From: Mangrovibacterium sp.
Lineage (GTDB): Bacteria > Bacteroidota > Bacteroidia > Bacteroidales > Prolixibacteraceae
Assembly (NCBI GenBank): GCA_050173895.1
Contig: JBFXKJ010000001.1
Location: 12,732 to 76,731, forward strand
Length of the DNA: 64,000 bases
Direction: 5' to 3'
This document shows, in pieces, positions 1 to 10,639 of the stretch. Under the pieces are notes generated by a model, which saw nothing but the letters and a program-made list of their open reading frames with translations, had not been told where the DNA came from and did no database searches. A program made the position numbers and the translations under genes. How positions within the stretch are numbered: position 1 is the first letter of the stretch; each line of letters opens with the position of its first letter.

Positions 1-2
1 GG

Positions 3-614
3 GAAAATGTGGAAAAAACAAGGCGCATTGTTGCTGAAGCCAGACCCGGAGGCATTTTTGTTGAGGCCGAGTTAGGAGTATTGAGCGGGGTAGAGGATGA
101 CCGGAGTGTGGATGAAAACAAAAAGCGCTATACCCAACCGTCAGAAGTTGAGGAATTCGTCAGCGAGACCGCATGCAACAGCCTGGCCATTGCGGTTGGG
201 ACCAGCCACGGCGCCTATAAATTTTCAGGCCGGCAGGGTCTTCAGTTTGACATTTTGGAGGAAATCCAGCAACGCCTGCCGGGTTTTCCCCTTGTCCTTC
301 ACGGTGCTTCTTCCGTGAAAACGGATGAGATCATTCGGATCAATGCTGCCGGTGGCAGGCTGGGTACCAATGCCCAGGGCGTTGATCCTTCAGAGCTCCG
401 GAAAGCCATTGGTTATGGCGTCTGTAAGGTAAATATAGCTACCGATCTGCGGTTAATCTGGACCCGTGTACACCGGGAATTTTTCCGTGATCATGCCGAC
501 TTGTTCGACCCGGTGATCCCGGGTAAAGACTACATCCGGGAAATTGAGGCAGGCATGCTTGAAAAATTTGAGCTGCTGGGTTCAGTTGGCCGGTCAGCAT
601 CTTTAAAAAGTTAA
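3..614 (+). CDS. iolJ: Class II metal-dependent aldolase, 5'-truncated by the window edge. By context, 6-phospho-5-dehydro-2-deoxy-D-gluconate aldolase.
   Basis: The frame is open from base 3, and the track 'M' at 9 is a GTG. Motifs GTSHGAYKF and LVLHGASS are typical of the class II FBP/tagatose-BP aldolase family. The gene directly precedes iolB-C-D-A-E-G. Confidence 0.8.
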   Translation, partial: ENVEKTRRIVAEARPGGIFVEAELGVLSGVEDDRSVDENKKRYTQPSEVEEFVSETACNSLAIAVGTSHGAYKFSGRQGLQFDILEEIQQRLPGFPLVLHGASSVKTDEIIRINAAGGRLGTNAQGVDPSELRKAIGYGVCKVNIATDLRLIWTRVHREFFRDHADLFDPVIPGKDYIREIEAGMLEKFELLGSVGRSASLKS

Positions 615-617
615 ATT

Positions 618-1487
618 ATGAAGATCAGTTCAAAGTACCCGCTCCTGGCGAAGCCAATCGGGACAACGGGAATTTATCAAAGCGTTTTAAGGGAAGAAGC
701 GGGTTGGCAGTACCTGAATTTTCAGGCAAGGCTGATGAAAAAAGCTGAGGTCTGGGAAGGGGATACAGGTGAAAATGAATACGGGATCATCCTTCTGGGA
801 GGGGATTATTCGGTTACAACCGACAAGGGAAGCTGGAGAACCGTGAACGGAAGGAAAGACGTGTTCAGCGGCATTGCCCATACGCTTTATCTGCCACGGC
901 ATACCGGCTTTAGGCTGACAGCGGAAAGTGAGTTGCTGGATATCGCTTATGGCTGGTGTGAAACGGATGAGGATCATCCGGCCTGCTTCAAACTGCCGGG
1001 GGAGGCTGCTGTTGAAATCAGGGGAGGCGATAATGCCACCCGGCAGATCAACAGCCTGATCCAGCCCGGATTCGATTGTCACCGCCTGATCAGCGTTGAG
1101 GTATACACCCCTTCCGGGAACTGGAGTTCTTTCCCGGCGCATAAGCATGACCAGCGAAAAGTTGATGAAAACGGACAGGTAAGGGAAGCCCGTCTGGAAG
1201 AGATCTATTTTTACAAAACAGACAAGCCGCAGGGGTTTGCCATTCAGCGGGTATATACGGACGACCGCAGCCTGGACGAAATTGCAGTTGCTCAGAACAA
1301 TGATCTTGTACTTATTCCCAAAGGGTATCATCCGGTTGTTGCGGGGCATGGTTACAATGTCTACTACCTGAATTTCCTGACCGGCAGTGATCAGTCGTTG
1401 GCAAACAGCGATGATCCTGATCATCAATGGATTTACGGCTCATGGAAGGGGAGGGACCCCAGGGTTCCTGTCGTGAAAGCTAACTAA
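618..1487 (+). CDS. iolB: 5-deoxy-glucuronate isomerase
   Basis: 289 aa with an ATG at 618, 3 nt after the aldolase stop. The cupin-like IolB pattern (GWQYLNF..., FPAHKHD) and the operon context support the call. Confidence 0.85.
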   Translation: MKISSKYPLLAKPIGTTGIYQSVLREEAGWQYLNFQARLMKKAEVWEGDTGENEYGIILLGGDYSVTTDKGSWRTVNGRKDVFSGIAHTLYLPRHTGFRLTAESELLDIAYGWCETDEDHPACFKLPGEAAVEIRGGDNATRQINSLIQPGFDCHRLISVEVYTPSGNWSSFPAHKHDQRKVDENGQVREARLEEIYFYKTDKPQGFAIQRVYTDDRSLDEIAVAQNNDLVLIPKGYHPVVAGHGYNVYYLNFLTGSDQSLANSDDPDHQWIYGSWKGRDPRVPVVKAN

Positions 1488-1494
1488 ACAAAAT

Positions 1495-2508
1495 ATGACA
1501 CAAAAAGCATTTGACGTTATTTGCATGGGCCGATCGTCAATCGACCTCTATTCGCAGGATACCGGAGCTCCTTTCGAAGATATATCCGGGTTCCATGCAT
1601 TTGTCGGCGGCTCACCGCTGAATATTGCCGTTGGTTGCCGCCGGCTTGGATTAAAATCGACGCTCCTGACAGGTGTCGGTAGGGATAAGGTGGGTGATTT
1701 TATTTTGAATTTTCTGAAGAAAGAGGACGTTGATACGTCCAAAATCCCGGTTATTGCCGGCGCCCGCAGTTCCGCGGTTTTACTGGGAATTGAACCGCCC
1801 GACCGCTTTCCGCTGGTCTATTACCGTGCCAACTGCGCCGATTCTCAGATCACCATTGACCATGTCCTGCAGGCGGATGTGAAGGAATGCAAAATGCTGG
1901 AGGTATCGGGTACGGCACTGAACATCGAACCTACCCGGAGTGCAGCCTTCCTGGCCGTGGAAATTGCCCGTGAGAATGATATCCCCGTCCTGCTTGATCT
2001 GGATTTCCGGGCCGATCAATGGTACGATATCCGCGCATTCGGTATTACAAGCCGTGCTTTTTTGAGGAATGTCAACATTGTACTGGGCACCGAGGAGGAA
2101 ATTCTTGCTGCCTGTCTGAAAGATGAGTCACAACTCAGCATTCAGCACCAGCAGATCTCTGCGCCTAAAATCACGGGAAACATCGATGATGCGATCGAAA
2201 AAATTCTGGCACTGGGGGTCGATGTGCTGATCATGAAGTCAGGATCCAGAGGTGCCCGGGTTTACTTACCTGATCACACCGTAACGGAAGTCCCGGGATT
2301 TCCTGTTGAAGTTTTAAATGTTCTGGGTGCGGGCGATGCCTTTGCCGCAGGTTTCATTTATGGCTACCTGAAAGGATGGGACTGGTACCGGTCGTGCAGG
2401 ATGGGGAATGCCTGCGGCGCTCATATTGTGACCCAGCTTGGTTGCGCCAATTTTTCGCCTTATGAAGATGAGATCCTGGCGTTCATTGAGTCGAAAGGGG
2501 GATTTTAA
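1495..2508 (+). CDS. iolC: 5-dehydro-2-deoxygluconokinase (PfkB family sugar kinase)
   Basis: 337 aa. The PfkB signature GAGDAF lies near the C-terminus and there is an N-terminal GxSxxD region. The position between iolB and iolD fits. Confidence 0.85.
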   Translation: MTQKAFDVICMGRSSIDLYSQDTGAPFEDISGFHAFVGGSPLNIAVGCRRLGLKSTLLTGVGRDKVGDFILNFLKKEDVDTSKIPVIAGARSSAVLLGIEPPDRFPLVYYRANCADSQITIDHVLQADVKECKMLEVSGTALNIEPTRSAAFLAVEIARENDIPVLLDLDFRADQWYDIRAFGITSRAFLRNVNIVLGTEEEILAACLKDESQLSIQHQQISAPKITGNIDDAIEKILALGVDVLIMKSGSRGARVYLPDHTVTEVPGFPVEVLNVLGAGDAFAAGFIYGYLKGWDWYRSCRMGNACGAHIVTQLGCANFSPYEDEILAFIESKGGF

Positions 2509-2541
2509 CCGTTTCTGTTAATTAATGTAATCAAACCCACT

Positions 2542-4407
2542 ATGTCTGCCATACGATTGACCGTAGCCCAGGCTACAATTGCGTTTCTTAAAAATCAGTA
2601 TTCGGAGCGGGATGGAGTTGAACAGAAATTCTTTGGAGGTTGTTTTGGCATTTTTGGCCATGGCAATGTAGCCGGCTATGGGCAGGCGCTTCAGCAATCT
2701 CCTGATTTCAGGTACTACCAGGTTCGCAACGAACAGGCCAGCGTGCATGCTGCAGCGGCCTATGCAAAAATGAAGAACCGGCTCTCCACACTGGTGTGCA
2801 CCTCTTCAATCGGTCCGGGTGCGACCAACATGATCACGGCGGCAGCCGGAGCTACCATCAACCATTTGCCGGTTTTGATCCTTCCTGGTGATATCTTCGC
2901 CCGGCGCATGGTGGCACCGGTACTTCAGCAGCTCGAGTCGGCCTGGTCACAGGATTTCTCCGTGAATGACTGTTTTAAGCCCATCTCAAAATACTGGGAC
3001 CGGATTAACCGGCCCGAACAGCTCATTACTTCACTGCCCGAGGTGATGCGTGTGCTGACTTCCCCCGTCGATACGGGGGCTGTTACCCTTTGCATTCCGC
3101 AGGATGTACAGGCTGAAGCCTACGATTTTCCAGAAGCGCTTTTCCAAAAGAGAGTCTGGCATATTGCCAGGCCGAGAGCTGATGCCGGCGCATTAAAACG
3201 AGCTGCCGCATTGATCAGGTCGGCCCAGAAGCCGTTGATCATTGCCGGAGGGGGCGTCATCTACAGCGAAGCGGAAAAAGAATTGCTGGCTTTTGTGAGC
3301 CGGACCGGAATTCCTGTTGCCGAAACGTTTGCAGGGAAAGGATCGCTTTGCTACGACGATCCGCATAACCTGGGAGCAGTCGGCGCCACCGGTACGGAAG
3401 GGGCAAATGCGATCAGCACGGAAGCGGATGTGGTGATTGGCATCGGGACCCGCTACAGCGATTTTACCACTGCCTCCAAAACGGCATTTCAGAACCCGAA
3501 TGTCCGTTTTGTCAATATCAATATTACCGAATTCGATGCCTGCAAACACAGCGGGCTTGCCTTGACAGGCGATGCCAAAGTGATTATTCAGGAGCTCGGC
3601 GGACTGCTTGCCGGATATCAGGTTGACGAAGCCTACCGGGAGAAAGTGGCGGCGTTCAACAGAAGCTGGGATGAGAAAGTTGCTGCGGCATACCTTCCCA
3701 ATACAGACGGCCTGCCGAGTCAGGCGGAGGTTGTCGGCGCCGTGAACAATTTCTCAGCTCCCGATGATGTCCTTCTTTGTGCTGCCGGCAGCCTTCCGGG
3801 CGATCTGCACAAATTGTGGCGGACCCGCAGCAGCAAGGGATTCCATCTCGAGTACGGCTATTCATGCATGGGCTATGAAATTCCCGGCGGCATTGGAGCT
3901 AAAATTGCCGCCCCTGAGAAGGAAATTTTTGTCATGATAGGCGATGGAACCTACCTGATGATGCCCTCCGAAATCGTCACATCCATTCAGGAAGGGATTA
4001 AATTGACGATCATTCTGATCGACAATCACGGTTTTGCGAGTATAGGCGGGCTCTCCGGATCAATCGGAAGCCAGGGCTTCGGCACGCGGTATGTGTATCG
4101 TGATCCGGAAAGCGGCCAGTTGTCGGGAGAGGTATTACCCGTCGATCTGGCTGCCAATGCAGCAAGCCTGGGCGCATTTGTCATCAGGACGTCCAGTATA
4201 GCCGACCTGAATCAGGCATTGGGAAAGGCCAGATCGATGCCCGTGACAACGGTGATCTGTATTGAAACCGTTCCTGAACGGAAAATGAAAGGATACGGAT
4301 ATGCGTGGTGGGATGTTCCCGTTGCAGAAGTTTCAGACATGGATTCGGTGAACGAAGCGCACGCGCAGTACGAGGAAAATAAAAAGAAACAGAGGTACTT
4401 CTTATAA
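2542..4407 (+). CDS. iolD: 3D-(3,5/4)-trihydroxycyclohexane-1,2-dione acylhydrolase (ThDP-dependent)
   Basis: 621 aa with the thiamine-diphosphate enzyme architecture (GDGTYLM ThDP-binding motif). Length and context are typical of IolD. Confidence 0.88.
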   Translation: MSAIRLTVAQATIAFLKNQYSERDGVEQKFFGGCFGIFGHGNVAGYGQALQQSPDFRYYQVRNEQASVHAAAAYAKMKNRLSTLVCTSSIGPGATNMITAAAGATINHLPVLILPGDIFARRMVAPVLQQLESAWSQDFSVNDCFKPISKYWDRINRPEQLITSLPEVMRVLTSPVDTGAVTLCIPQDVQAEAYDFPEALFQKRVWHIARPRADAGALKRAAALIRSAQKPLIIAGGGVIYSEAEKELLAFVSRTGIPVAETFAGKGSLCYDDPHNLGAVGATGTEGANAISTEADVVIGIGTRYSDFTTASKTAFQNPNVRFVNINITEFDACKHSGLALTGDAKVIIQELGGLLAGYQVDEAYREKVAAFNRSWDEKVAAAYLPNTDGLPSQAEVVGAVNNFSAPDDVLLCAAGSLPGDLHKLWRTRSSKGFHLEYGYSCMGYEIPGGIGAKIAAPEKEIFVMIGDGTYLMMPSEIVTSIQEGIKLTIILIDNHGFASIGGLSGSIGSQGFGTRYVYRDPESGQLSGEVLPVDLAANAASLGAFVIRTSSIADLNQALGKARSMPVTTVICIETVPERKMKGYGYAWWDVPVAEVSDMDSVNEAHAQYEENKKKQRYFL

Positions 4408-4417
4408 CTGTTCGGAT

Positions 4418-5893
4418 ATGGAAATCTTAAAGAATTATATCGGGGGTGGCTGGATTGAAAGCAGGGAAACCCAAACCATCGATGTCATCAATCCCGCGAG
4501 CCAGGAGGTTCTTGGGAAAGTTCCCTATGGCCCGAAAAATGCACTGGATGTTGATCTTGCTGTCAGATCTGCCGGGGACGCCTTTGAAGAGTGGAGAACG
4601 GTTCCGGTCATCAAAAGGGTTCAGCCGCTTTATCAGTTGAAAAAACTGCTTGAGGAAAACATGGACGAACTGAGCCGGACCATCACGCTGGAATGCGGGA
4701 AAACTTTTGCGGAATCGAAAGCCGAGATCCAGCGTGCCGTCGAGAACGTGGAAGTGGCCTGCGGTACACCGATGCTGATGCAAAGTGAGTTTTCCGAAAA
4801 TATTGCTCCGGGGATTGATGAGTTTATGATCAGGCAGCCGCTTGGCGTGTGCGCCTGCATTGCGCCGTTTAATTTCCCGGGGATGATCCCTTTTTGGTTT
4901 CTTCCCTATGCCATTGCCTGTGGAAATACCTTCATTATGAAGCCGTCCGAGAAAGTCCCGCTGACCATGCAAAAGGTAATGGATCTGATCGACCGGCTCG
5001 ACATTCCTAAAGGCATCATCAATTTGGTACACGGAGGTAAGGAAGCAGTCGATGGCATTCTTTCGCATCCGCTGGTGAAGGCGGTTAGTTTTGTAGGCTC
5101 TACGGCTGTTGCCCGCTATATTTATGCTACGGGAACAGCGAACGGGAAGCGGGTTCAGGCCCAGGGAGGTGCCAAAAACCCGGTGATCCTCCTGCCTGAC
5201 GCCGATCTGGCCATGTCGGCCCGCATCGTTGCCGACAGTGTGTATGGTTGTGCCGGGCAGCGTTGTCTGGCAGCCTCCAATATTATTACCGTTGCCGACG
5301 ACAACGGCTCGCTGAAGGAGGCTCTTTACGAAGCTGCAAAATCGAAACTGACCGGATTTGGACTTGATGATGGGGTAGAGATGGGGCCGGTGATCACCCG
5401 CGACAGCAAAAAGCGGGTTGAAGGGTTGATCGGGAAGGCAATCGGCGAAGGAGCCGGTCTGTTACTGGACGGAAGAAACGCCCGGATTGAAGGTTACGAA
5501 TCAGGTAATTTCATCAAACCGACTATTCTGGAGAATGTTGCCCTGGAGGGAGAGGTGGTCAATACGGAGATCTTCGGCCCTGTGATGAGCCTGCTTTCGA
5601 TGAATACACTCGATGAAGCCATTGCCTTTATCAACAAGAACCACTACGGCAACATGGCCTGCATTTTCACCCAAAGCGGATTGTCAGCGCGAACCTTCCG
5701 GAGCCTGGCTAATGCGGGGAACATCGGTATTAACATTGGTGTCGCTGCTCCGATGGCTCAGTTCCCCTTTAGCGGATGGAACGACAGCTTCTTTGGTGAC
5801 CTCCACGGACAAAGCCGGCATGCGATCGAATTTTTTACGCAAACCAAGATCGTTATTGAAAGATGGCCCAGAGAATGGTCCCGTAAATTTTAA
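4418..5893 (+). CDS. iolA: CoA-acylating methylmalonate/malonate-semialdehyde dehydrogenase
   Basis: 491 aa aldehyde dehydrogenase family protein, with the catalytic Cys region GQRCLA and the FVGST motif. It sits within the iol operon. Confidence 0.88.
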   Translation: MEILKNYIGGGWIESRETQTIDVINPASQEVLGKVPYGPKNALDVDLAVRSAGDAFEEWRTVPVIKRVQPLYQLKKLLEENMDELSRTITLECGKTFAESKAEIQRAVENVEVACGTPMLMQSEFSENIAPGIDEFMIRQPLGVCACIAPFNFPGMIPFWFLPYAIACGNTFIMKPSEKVPLTMQKVMDLIDRLDIPKGIINLVHGGKEAVDGILSHPLVKAVSFVGSTAVARYIYATGTANGKRVQAQGGAKNPVILLPDADLAMSARIVADSVYGCAGQRCLAASNIITVADDNGSLKEALYEAAKSKLTGFGLDDGVEMGPVITRDSKKRVEGLIGKAIGEGAGLLLDGRNARIEGYESGNFIKPTILENVALEGEVVNTEIFGPVMSLLSMNTLDEAIAFINKNHYGNMACIFTQSGLSARTFRSLANAGNIGINIGVAAPMAQFPFSGWNDSFFGDLHGQSRHAIEFFTQTKIVIERWPREWSRKF

Positions 5894-5904
5894 AAAAAAT
5901 TGCC

Positions 5905-6804
5905 ATGATAAAAGTTGCGAATGCTCCCTGCTCATGGGGAGCCCTCGAATTTGGACTTGAAGGCGAGGTAAAAGGATACGATATAGTTCTCAATGAAATG
6001 GTTGAAACCGGCTATGCGGGAACCGAGCTCGGTGACTGGGGATTCATGCCCACCGAGCCTAAGGCGCTTAAAGAGGTGCTGAAGAAGAAGAATCTCTCCC
6101 TTCTGGGAGCTTTTGTCCCCGTGGCCTTAGCGAACCAGGCGGCACACGCAGACGGGATTGAAAGGGCCCTTAAAACCGCCGGATTAATGTACCATGCCGG
6201 ATTCAAAGATGCTTTTATTGTTCTGGCCGATGAAAACGGCACCATCGCGCAACGAGTGAATAACGCAGGTCGTATTCAACCTGGCATGGGGCTGAATGAG
6301 CATCAGTGGCAGACGTTTGCCGGTGGAGCCGAAAGAGTTGCCCGGGCTGTTAAGGAGAAATTCGGAATGCGTACCGTCTTTCATCATCACTGCGGCGGTT
6401 ATGTCGAAACGCCCGAAGAAACCGAACAGCTGATGAAACGGACTGATCCGGAATTGCTGGGGCTTTGCCTCGATATGGGACATTATGCATTTGGCGGGGG
6501 GGATCCCGTGGAAGCTCTACGAAAATACGAAAAGCGGATCTGGCATGTTCATTTCAAAGATTTTGATCCTGCCGTAGGGAAAAAGGCTGCTGAATCGGGG
6601 TGGGATTATTTCAAAGCGGTTGAAATGGGTGTTTTTTGCGAGTTGGGAAATGGAAATGTAGATTTTAAAACAATTGCTTCCATTTTGCAGCAGCGGTCTT
6701 ATGATGGCTGGATTGTTGTGGAACAGGACATTATCCCCGGAATGGGAAAGCCAAAGGAAAGCGCTGCCTCCAACCGGGCCTACATCAACAGCCTCGGCAT
6801 ATAA
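5905..6804 (+). CDS. iolE: Inosose (2-keto-myo-inositol) dehydratase, xylose-isomerase-like TIM barrel
   Basis: 299 aa. The N-terminus MIKVANAPCSWG is typical of IolE and the protein has a sugar-phosphate isomerase/epimerase fold pattern. Operon context agrees. Confidence 0.85.
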   Translation: MIKVANAPCSWGALEFGLEGEVKGYDIVLNEMVETGYAGTELGDWGFMPTEPKALKEVLKKKNLSLLGAFVPVALANQAAHADGIERALKTAGLMYHAGFKDAFIVLADENGTIAQRVNNAGRIQPGMGLNEHQWQTFAGGAERVARAVKEKFGMRTVFHHHCGGYVETPEETEQLMKRTDPELLGLCLDMGHYAFGGGDPVEALRKYEKRIWHVHFKDFDPAVGKKAAESGWDYFKAVEMGVFCELGNGNVDFKTIASILQQRSYDGWIVVEQDIIPGMGKPKESAASNRAYINSLGI

Positions 6805-6840
6805 GTATTCCTTGTTTAAAAACCAATTATGTACTGAAAA

Positions 6841-7851
6841 ATGGAAAAAATCAACATCGGTATTGCCGGATTGGGCCGGATTGGGAAAATACACCTGAAA
6901 AACTTATCCCGGAACTTTCCTGAAGTGAATGTTATAGGGGTTATGGATGTCCTTGAAGAATCGGAGAAAATTGCCCGGGAATTCAATGTTCCTCATTTTG
7001 TCAACACTTTCGATGAACTTTTAGCCATTGAAGGATTGAATGCGGTTGCCATCTGTTCTCCGACCAATACACATGCAGCGTATGTTGAAAAGGCCGCCAG
7101 GGCAGGCATGAACATCTTTTGCGAAAAACCGCTTGACCTGTCGCTTGTCCGTCTGCTGGAGGTGTTAAAAGTGGTTGAGGAAACCGGAGTCCGTTTGATG
7201 CTGGGTTTTAACCGGCGTTTTGACCCTGAGTTTAAGCGAATCAGGGAACTGGTCACTGCAGGGGCCGTCGGCGATCCGCAAATTGTCAAAATCACCAGCC
7301 GTGACCCGGGACCGCCGCCTGTATCGTATATCAAGGTTTCCGGCGGATTGTTCCTGGACATGACCATTCATGATTTTGATATGGCCCGTTATATCTCGGG
7401 CAAAAAGGTAAAGGAGGTATTTGCCAAAGGGGCCGTACTTGTTGACAAGGCTATCGGCGAAGCCGGCGACATTGATACCGCACTCATTACCCTCGTTTTT
7501 GAAGACGATACGATGGCCGTGATAGACAACAGCCGCAAAGCTGTTTATGGGTACGACCAGCGTCTCGAAGTATTCGGCAACAAGGGGATGGCCCGTGCCG
7601 ACAATAATTTTCCCAATACCCACGAGTTGTACACTGAAAAAGGTGTTTCAGGCGACCTGCCGCTTTATTTTTTCCTGGAACGTTACGACGTGTCCTATAA
7701 TCAGGAAATGAAGGAATTTGTGGACGCGCTTACATCCGGAAAGGAAATGCCTTGCGGGGGTGTTGACGGATTAATGTCACTGGCCATCGGGCTTGCGGCT
7801 AAGAAGTCGCTTGAAGCCAACAGACCGGTAAAACTCGACGAGATCCTGTAA
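6841..7851 (+). CDS. iolG: myo-inositol 2-dehydrogenase (Gfo/Idh/MocA family)
   Basis: 336 aa with an N-terminal Rossmann motif GIAGLGRIG and the EKP motif (CEKPL). It is the last canonical iol gene. Confidence 0.85.
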   Translation: MEKINIGIAGLGRIGKIHLKNLSRNFPEVNVIGVMDVLEESEKIAREFNVPHFVNTFDELLAIEGLNAVAICSPTNTHAAYVEKAARAGMNIFCEKPLDLSLVRLLEVLKVVEETGVRLMLGFNRRFDPEFKRIRELVTAGAVGDPQIVKITSRDPGPPPVSYIKVSGGLFLDMTIHDFDMARYISGKKVKEVFAKGAVLVDKAIGEAGDIDTALITLVFEDDTMAVIDNSRKAVYGYDQRLEVFGNKGMARADNNFPNTHELYTEKGVSGDLPLYFFLERYDVSYNQEMKEFVDALTSGKEMPCGGVDGLMSLAIGLAAKKSLEANRPVKLDEIL

Positions 7852-7876
7852 AATGAAAGCCGCAGAACGGCTGTAA

Positions 7877-9805
7877 ATGAATGTAGGAGAGATTGTTTTG
7901 CAAGTGAAAACACGATTTGCCATATTGGGCTGTCTGTGCGTTTTCCTGTGGGTTTCCTGTCTCGGGGAATCAGCTCAGAAGCCTGACGGCCTCAGAATTG
8001 CCGTTATGGCAGACGTCCATTTTCAGAACGTTTACGGAGAATTTTCCGGAGGAAATTTTAAAGGCATTGAAAACCCGGGGAATGGGAAATATGCTACCAT
8101 TCGGACAATGGAGGCGCAACTCCATTCCACCCGGCTTTTCAATGAAAATTACTTTGCTTTTCTGGCAGCACTGGATGACGCCGTGAATCGTCAGGTCAGA
8201 CTGATCATTTTGCCGGGCGACTTAACTGACGATGGTCAGCCATTTAATGGATATGCACTGAAAACGGTGCTTGAAAATTATTCGGAAAAATTTGGTGTCA
8301 CTTTTCTTGCCATCAACGGGAATCATGACGCTGTGCGACCTTTTGAAATGGATGCGGGAAAAGCAGATTACCTTGGAGCAGAGGGACGGCCTCAGCCTGT
8401 CATGAGCCGCGACGGGATCTATGGACGGAAGAATCCGGAGGGGCTTCCTGTTTCCGTCTCTCCGGATATGAAGAGTATGGGATACCCGGAAATGGCAGAA
8501 ACACTCGGCCCTTTCGGCCTGATGCCTCAGCAGAAGTACCTGTACTGGGAGACACCTTTTTCTGATTGTGATGTTTCCGGATACAGCTTTTCGAAGGCAT
8601 CCGATGCGTCATCCCTGGAAAGCCGCCAATGTCTCATCGGCCCTGACAGCCTCTCACTTTCTGACATCAGCTACCTGGTGGAGCCGGTCGACGGATTATG
8701 GTTATTGGCGATCGATGCCAATGTATATGTGCCGAATGGGAATGCGAAATCAGATCCCGCTGATCCCGCAAATTACAGCGGTCCCGGCGACGGCTATAAT
8801 CTGGTGCTGAAGCACAAAAAATATCTGATCGGCTGGGTAAGAAGCGTAAGTCAACGGGCAGCAAAGCTGAATAAAACACTTCTTGTTTTCAGCCATTACC
8901 CGATGGTGGATTTTTATGACGGGGCAGCGGGAAAACTGAAAAGTGTTTTTGGCGGCAAAGCTCCTTCAGGTCGCCTGCCTGAGGAGGAGGTCGCCCGGGC
9001 TTTCGCTGATGCAGGAGTTAAAGTCCACTTCGGAGGCCATATGCACATGAACGATACCGGAATCAAAACGACAGCAAAGGGAAATACGCTGGTCAATATT
9101 CAGGTTCCTTCCTTATCGGCTTATATTCCGGCTTACAAGTTGCTAACCATTTATGGCGGAAAACTGGATGTGGAGACAGTAGTCATGGACTCTGTTCCCC
9201 GGTTTAATGAGCTCTTTCCTCTCTATGAAATGGAATATGCGTATCTGAAAAAGACCGGACAAAAAGACATTTGGGACAGAAATATTCTATCGGCAGGGAA
9301 TTATCGCGATTATGCCGGCTGGCATTTGAGAGAGCTTGTCCGGCTCCGGTTTTTGCCAAATGAATGGCCCGATAGCCTTGCCAGTTTCCTGACCGGCATG
9401 TCCGGAAAGGAACTGCTGCTGATGGCATGTAAAAATTCTTCTGCGGAAGCAGATGAAACATTTCGGGAAGCAGCGAAACTGGCCCGGCAAAAGGGGATTG
9501 ATTTAAACGGATTTGAAAGCTGGAACGGTCTGGATCTGATTGTTGATTTTTACCGCATCAGTCTTGCGGACAGGCTGGCTGTTGAGGATATCGGTGACAG
9601 AAGGCTTGGCCAATACGAGCTGATTTTTGAACAGTTTGCGCGGCAGAACGACAACGGAGATCCTATATGCAAACAAGTTAAGGCATTCGCTGAAAGTTTT
9701 CGGCTTCTTTTGAACGGCGATCCGGCAGGTTCGTTTACGGTCGATATCAAAAACGGAGGAATTGTCAATGATTCACCGGCCCCCGCTTTTCCTAAATCTC
9801 AATAA
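7877..9805 (+). CDS. Exported calcineurin-like metallophosphoesterase with a C-terminal extension of about 200 aa of unknown function
   Basis: Metallophosphoesterase motifs appear in order: MADVHF, LPGDLTDDG, INGNHD, FSHYP, GGHMH. There is a hydrophobic signal-like N-terminus (FAILGCLCVFLWVSCLG). The gene starts 26 nt after the iolG stop on the same strand. Confidence 0.75.
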   Translation: MNVGEIVLQVKTRFAILGCLCVFLWVSCLGESAQKPDGLRIAVMADVHFQNVYGEFSGGNFKGIENPGNGKYATIRTMEAQLHSTRLFNENYFAFLAALDDAVNRQVRLIILPGDLTDDGQPFNGYALKTVLENYSEKFGVTFLAINGNHDAVRPFEMDAGKADYLGAEGRPQPVMSRDGIYGRKNPEGLPVSVSPDMKSMGYPEMAETLGPFGLMPQQKYLYWETPFSDCDVSGYSFSKASDASSLESRQCLIGPDSLSLSDISYLVEPVDGLWLLAIDANVYVPNGNAKSDPADPANYSGPGDGYNLVLKHKKYLIGWVRSVSQRAAKLNKTLLVFSHYPMVDFYDGAAGKLKSVFGGKAPSGRLPEEEVARAFADAGVKVHFGGHMHMNDTGIKTTAKGNTLVNIQVPSLSAYIPAYKLLTIYGGKLDVETVVMDSVPRFNELFPLYEMEYAYLKKTGQKDIWDRNILSAGNYRDYAGWHLRELVRLRFLPNEWPDSLASFLTGMSGKELLLMACKNSSAEADETFREAAKLARQKGIDLNGFESWNGLDLIVDFYRISLADRLAVEDIGDRRLGQYELIFEQFARQNDNGDPICKQVKAFAESFRLLLNGDPAGSFTVDIKNGGIVNDSPAPAFPKSQ

Positions 9806-10451
9806 GATAGATCACACCTAAAATATATTGACTGAGGTTGGACATTTTCGACAGTAATCCGTACAATTCAATTTGACTGGACGGCGTTAACGGATAAGCG
9901 GCCGATAAGTTATAACGGACTTCGTCCAGTCTTTTTGATAGCGTATTTCGATTGAGCAGGAGAAAAGTCTCAACGCCAAGCCGGGGGGTAATTTTACAGG
10001 AAAGGATCTGGTAACTTACTTTTACCCTGTTTCTCCAGTACAAGAGTGACTTTTGAGCTTCCGTTTCATTTCGGGGATAGCTTGTAAGTTGTAACCGTTC
10101 CCTGAAGGAGAAATTAAGATTGGAGATTTTTCCGTTGGCCGTTGCAGTCGTATAAAAACGATGTCTTATTTCATAACGATCGGTCCTGTTTTTGTTCATC
10201 ATCAGGTAACCCGCGCCAAAATTGAGGAACGGCATCAACTCCCGGGTTCCGTCGGCGCCAATACTGAACCGGTCGATCGACTGATTATTATTGTATGTAT
10301 AAAATTCACTACATACAGCAAGCCGGTAGGGGCCGATTTGTTTATAGGACTCAGCATCCAGCCAGATTCCGAAATCCTCATTTTGAGCGAAGGCATACTT
10401 CCCGATGATTAATATAAAACAAAGCAATGCAGTGCCAAACGCGATCCTCAT
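9792..10451 (-). CDS. Putative outer-membrane beta-barrel protein (DUF2490-like)
   Basis: 219 aa with a signal peptide MRIAFGTALLCFILIIGKYAFAQ. It shows alternating amphipathic beta-strand-like segments rich in Y/F/R/N. The family name is from my recollection of DUF2490 sequences and has not been searched. Confidence 0.5.
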   Translation of the reverse strand: MRIAFGTALLCFILIIGKYAFAQNEDFGIWLDAESYKQIGPYRLAVCSEFYTYNNNQSIDRFSIGADGTRELMPFLNFGAGYLMMNKNRTDRYEIRHRFYTTATANGKISNLNFSFRERLQLTSYPRNETEAQKSLLYWRNRVKVSYQILSCKITPRLGVETFLLLNRNTLSKRLDEVRYNLSAAYPLTPSSQIELYGLLSKMSNLSQYILGVIYLIEI

Positions 10452-10639
10452 TTCAGCTTTTTATAACATTTAAATTGCAGAGAGGCTCAGCCTTCCTGCA
10501 ATTTGCACAAAAGTAGAAAAAATTCTGTACTGAACGAGTGTGAGGTTCGGCTGTGCTTTTTTTTTGGCTAATTATAAGCTCCCATTACGTTTTCTGCATA
10601 TTGGGCAGTCAGTCGTCGAAATCCGGGTCGAGCTGGAAT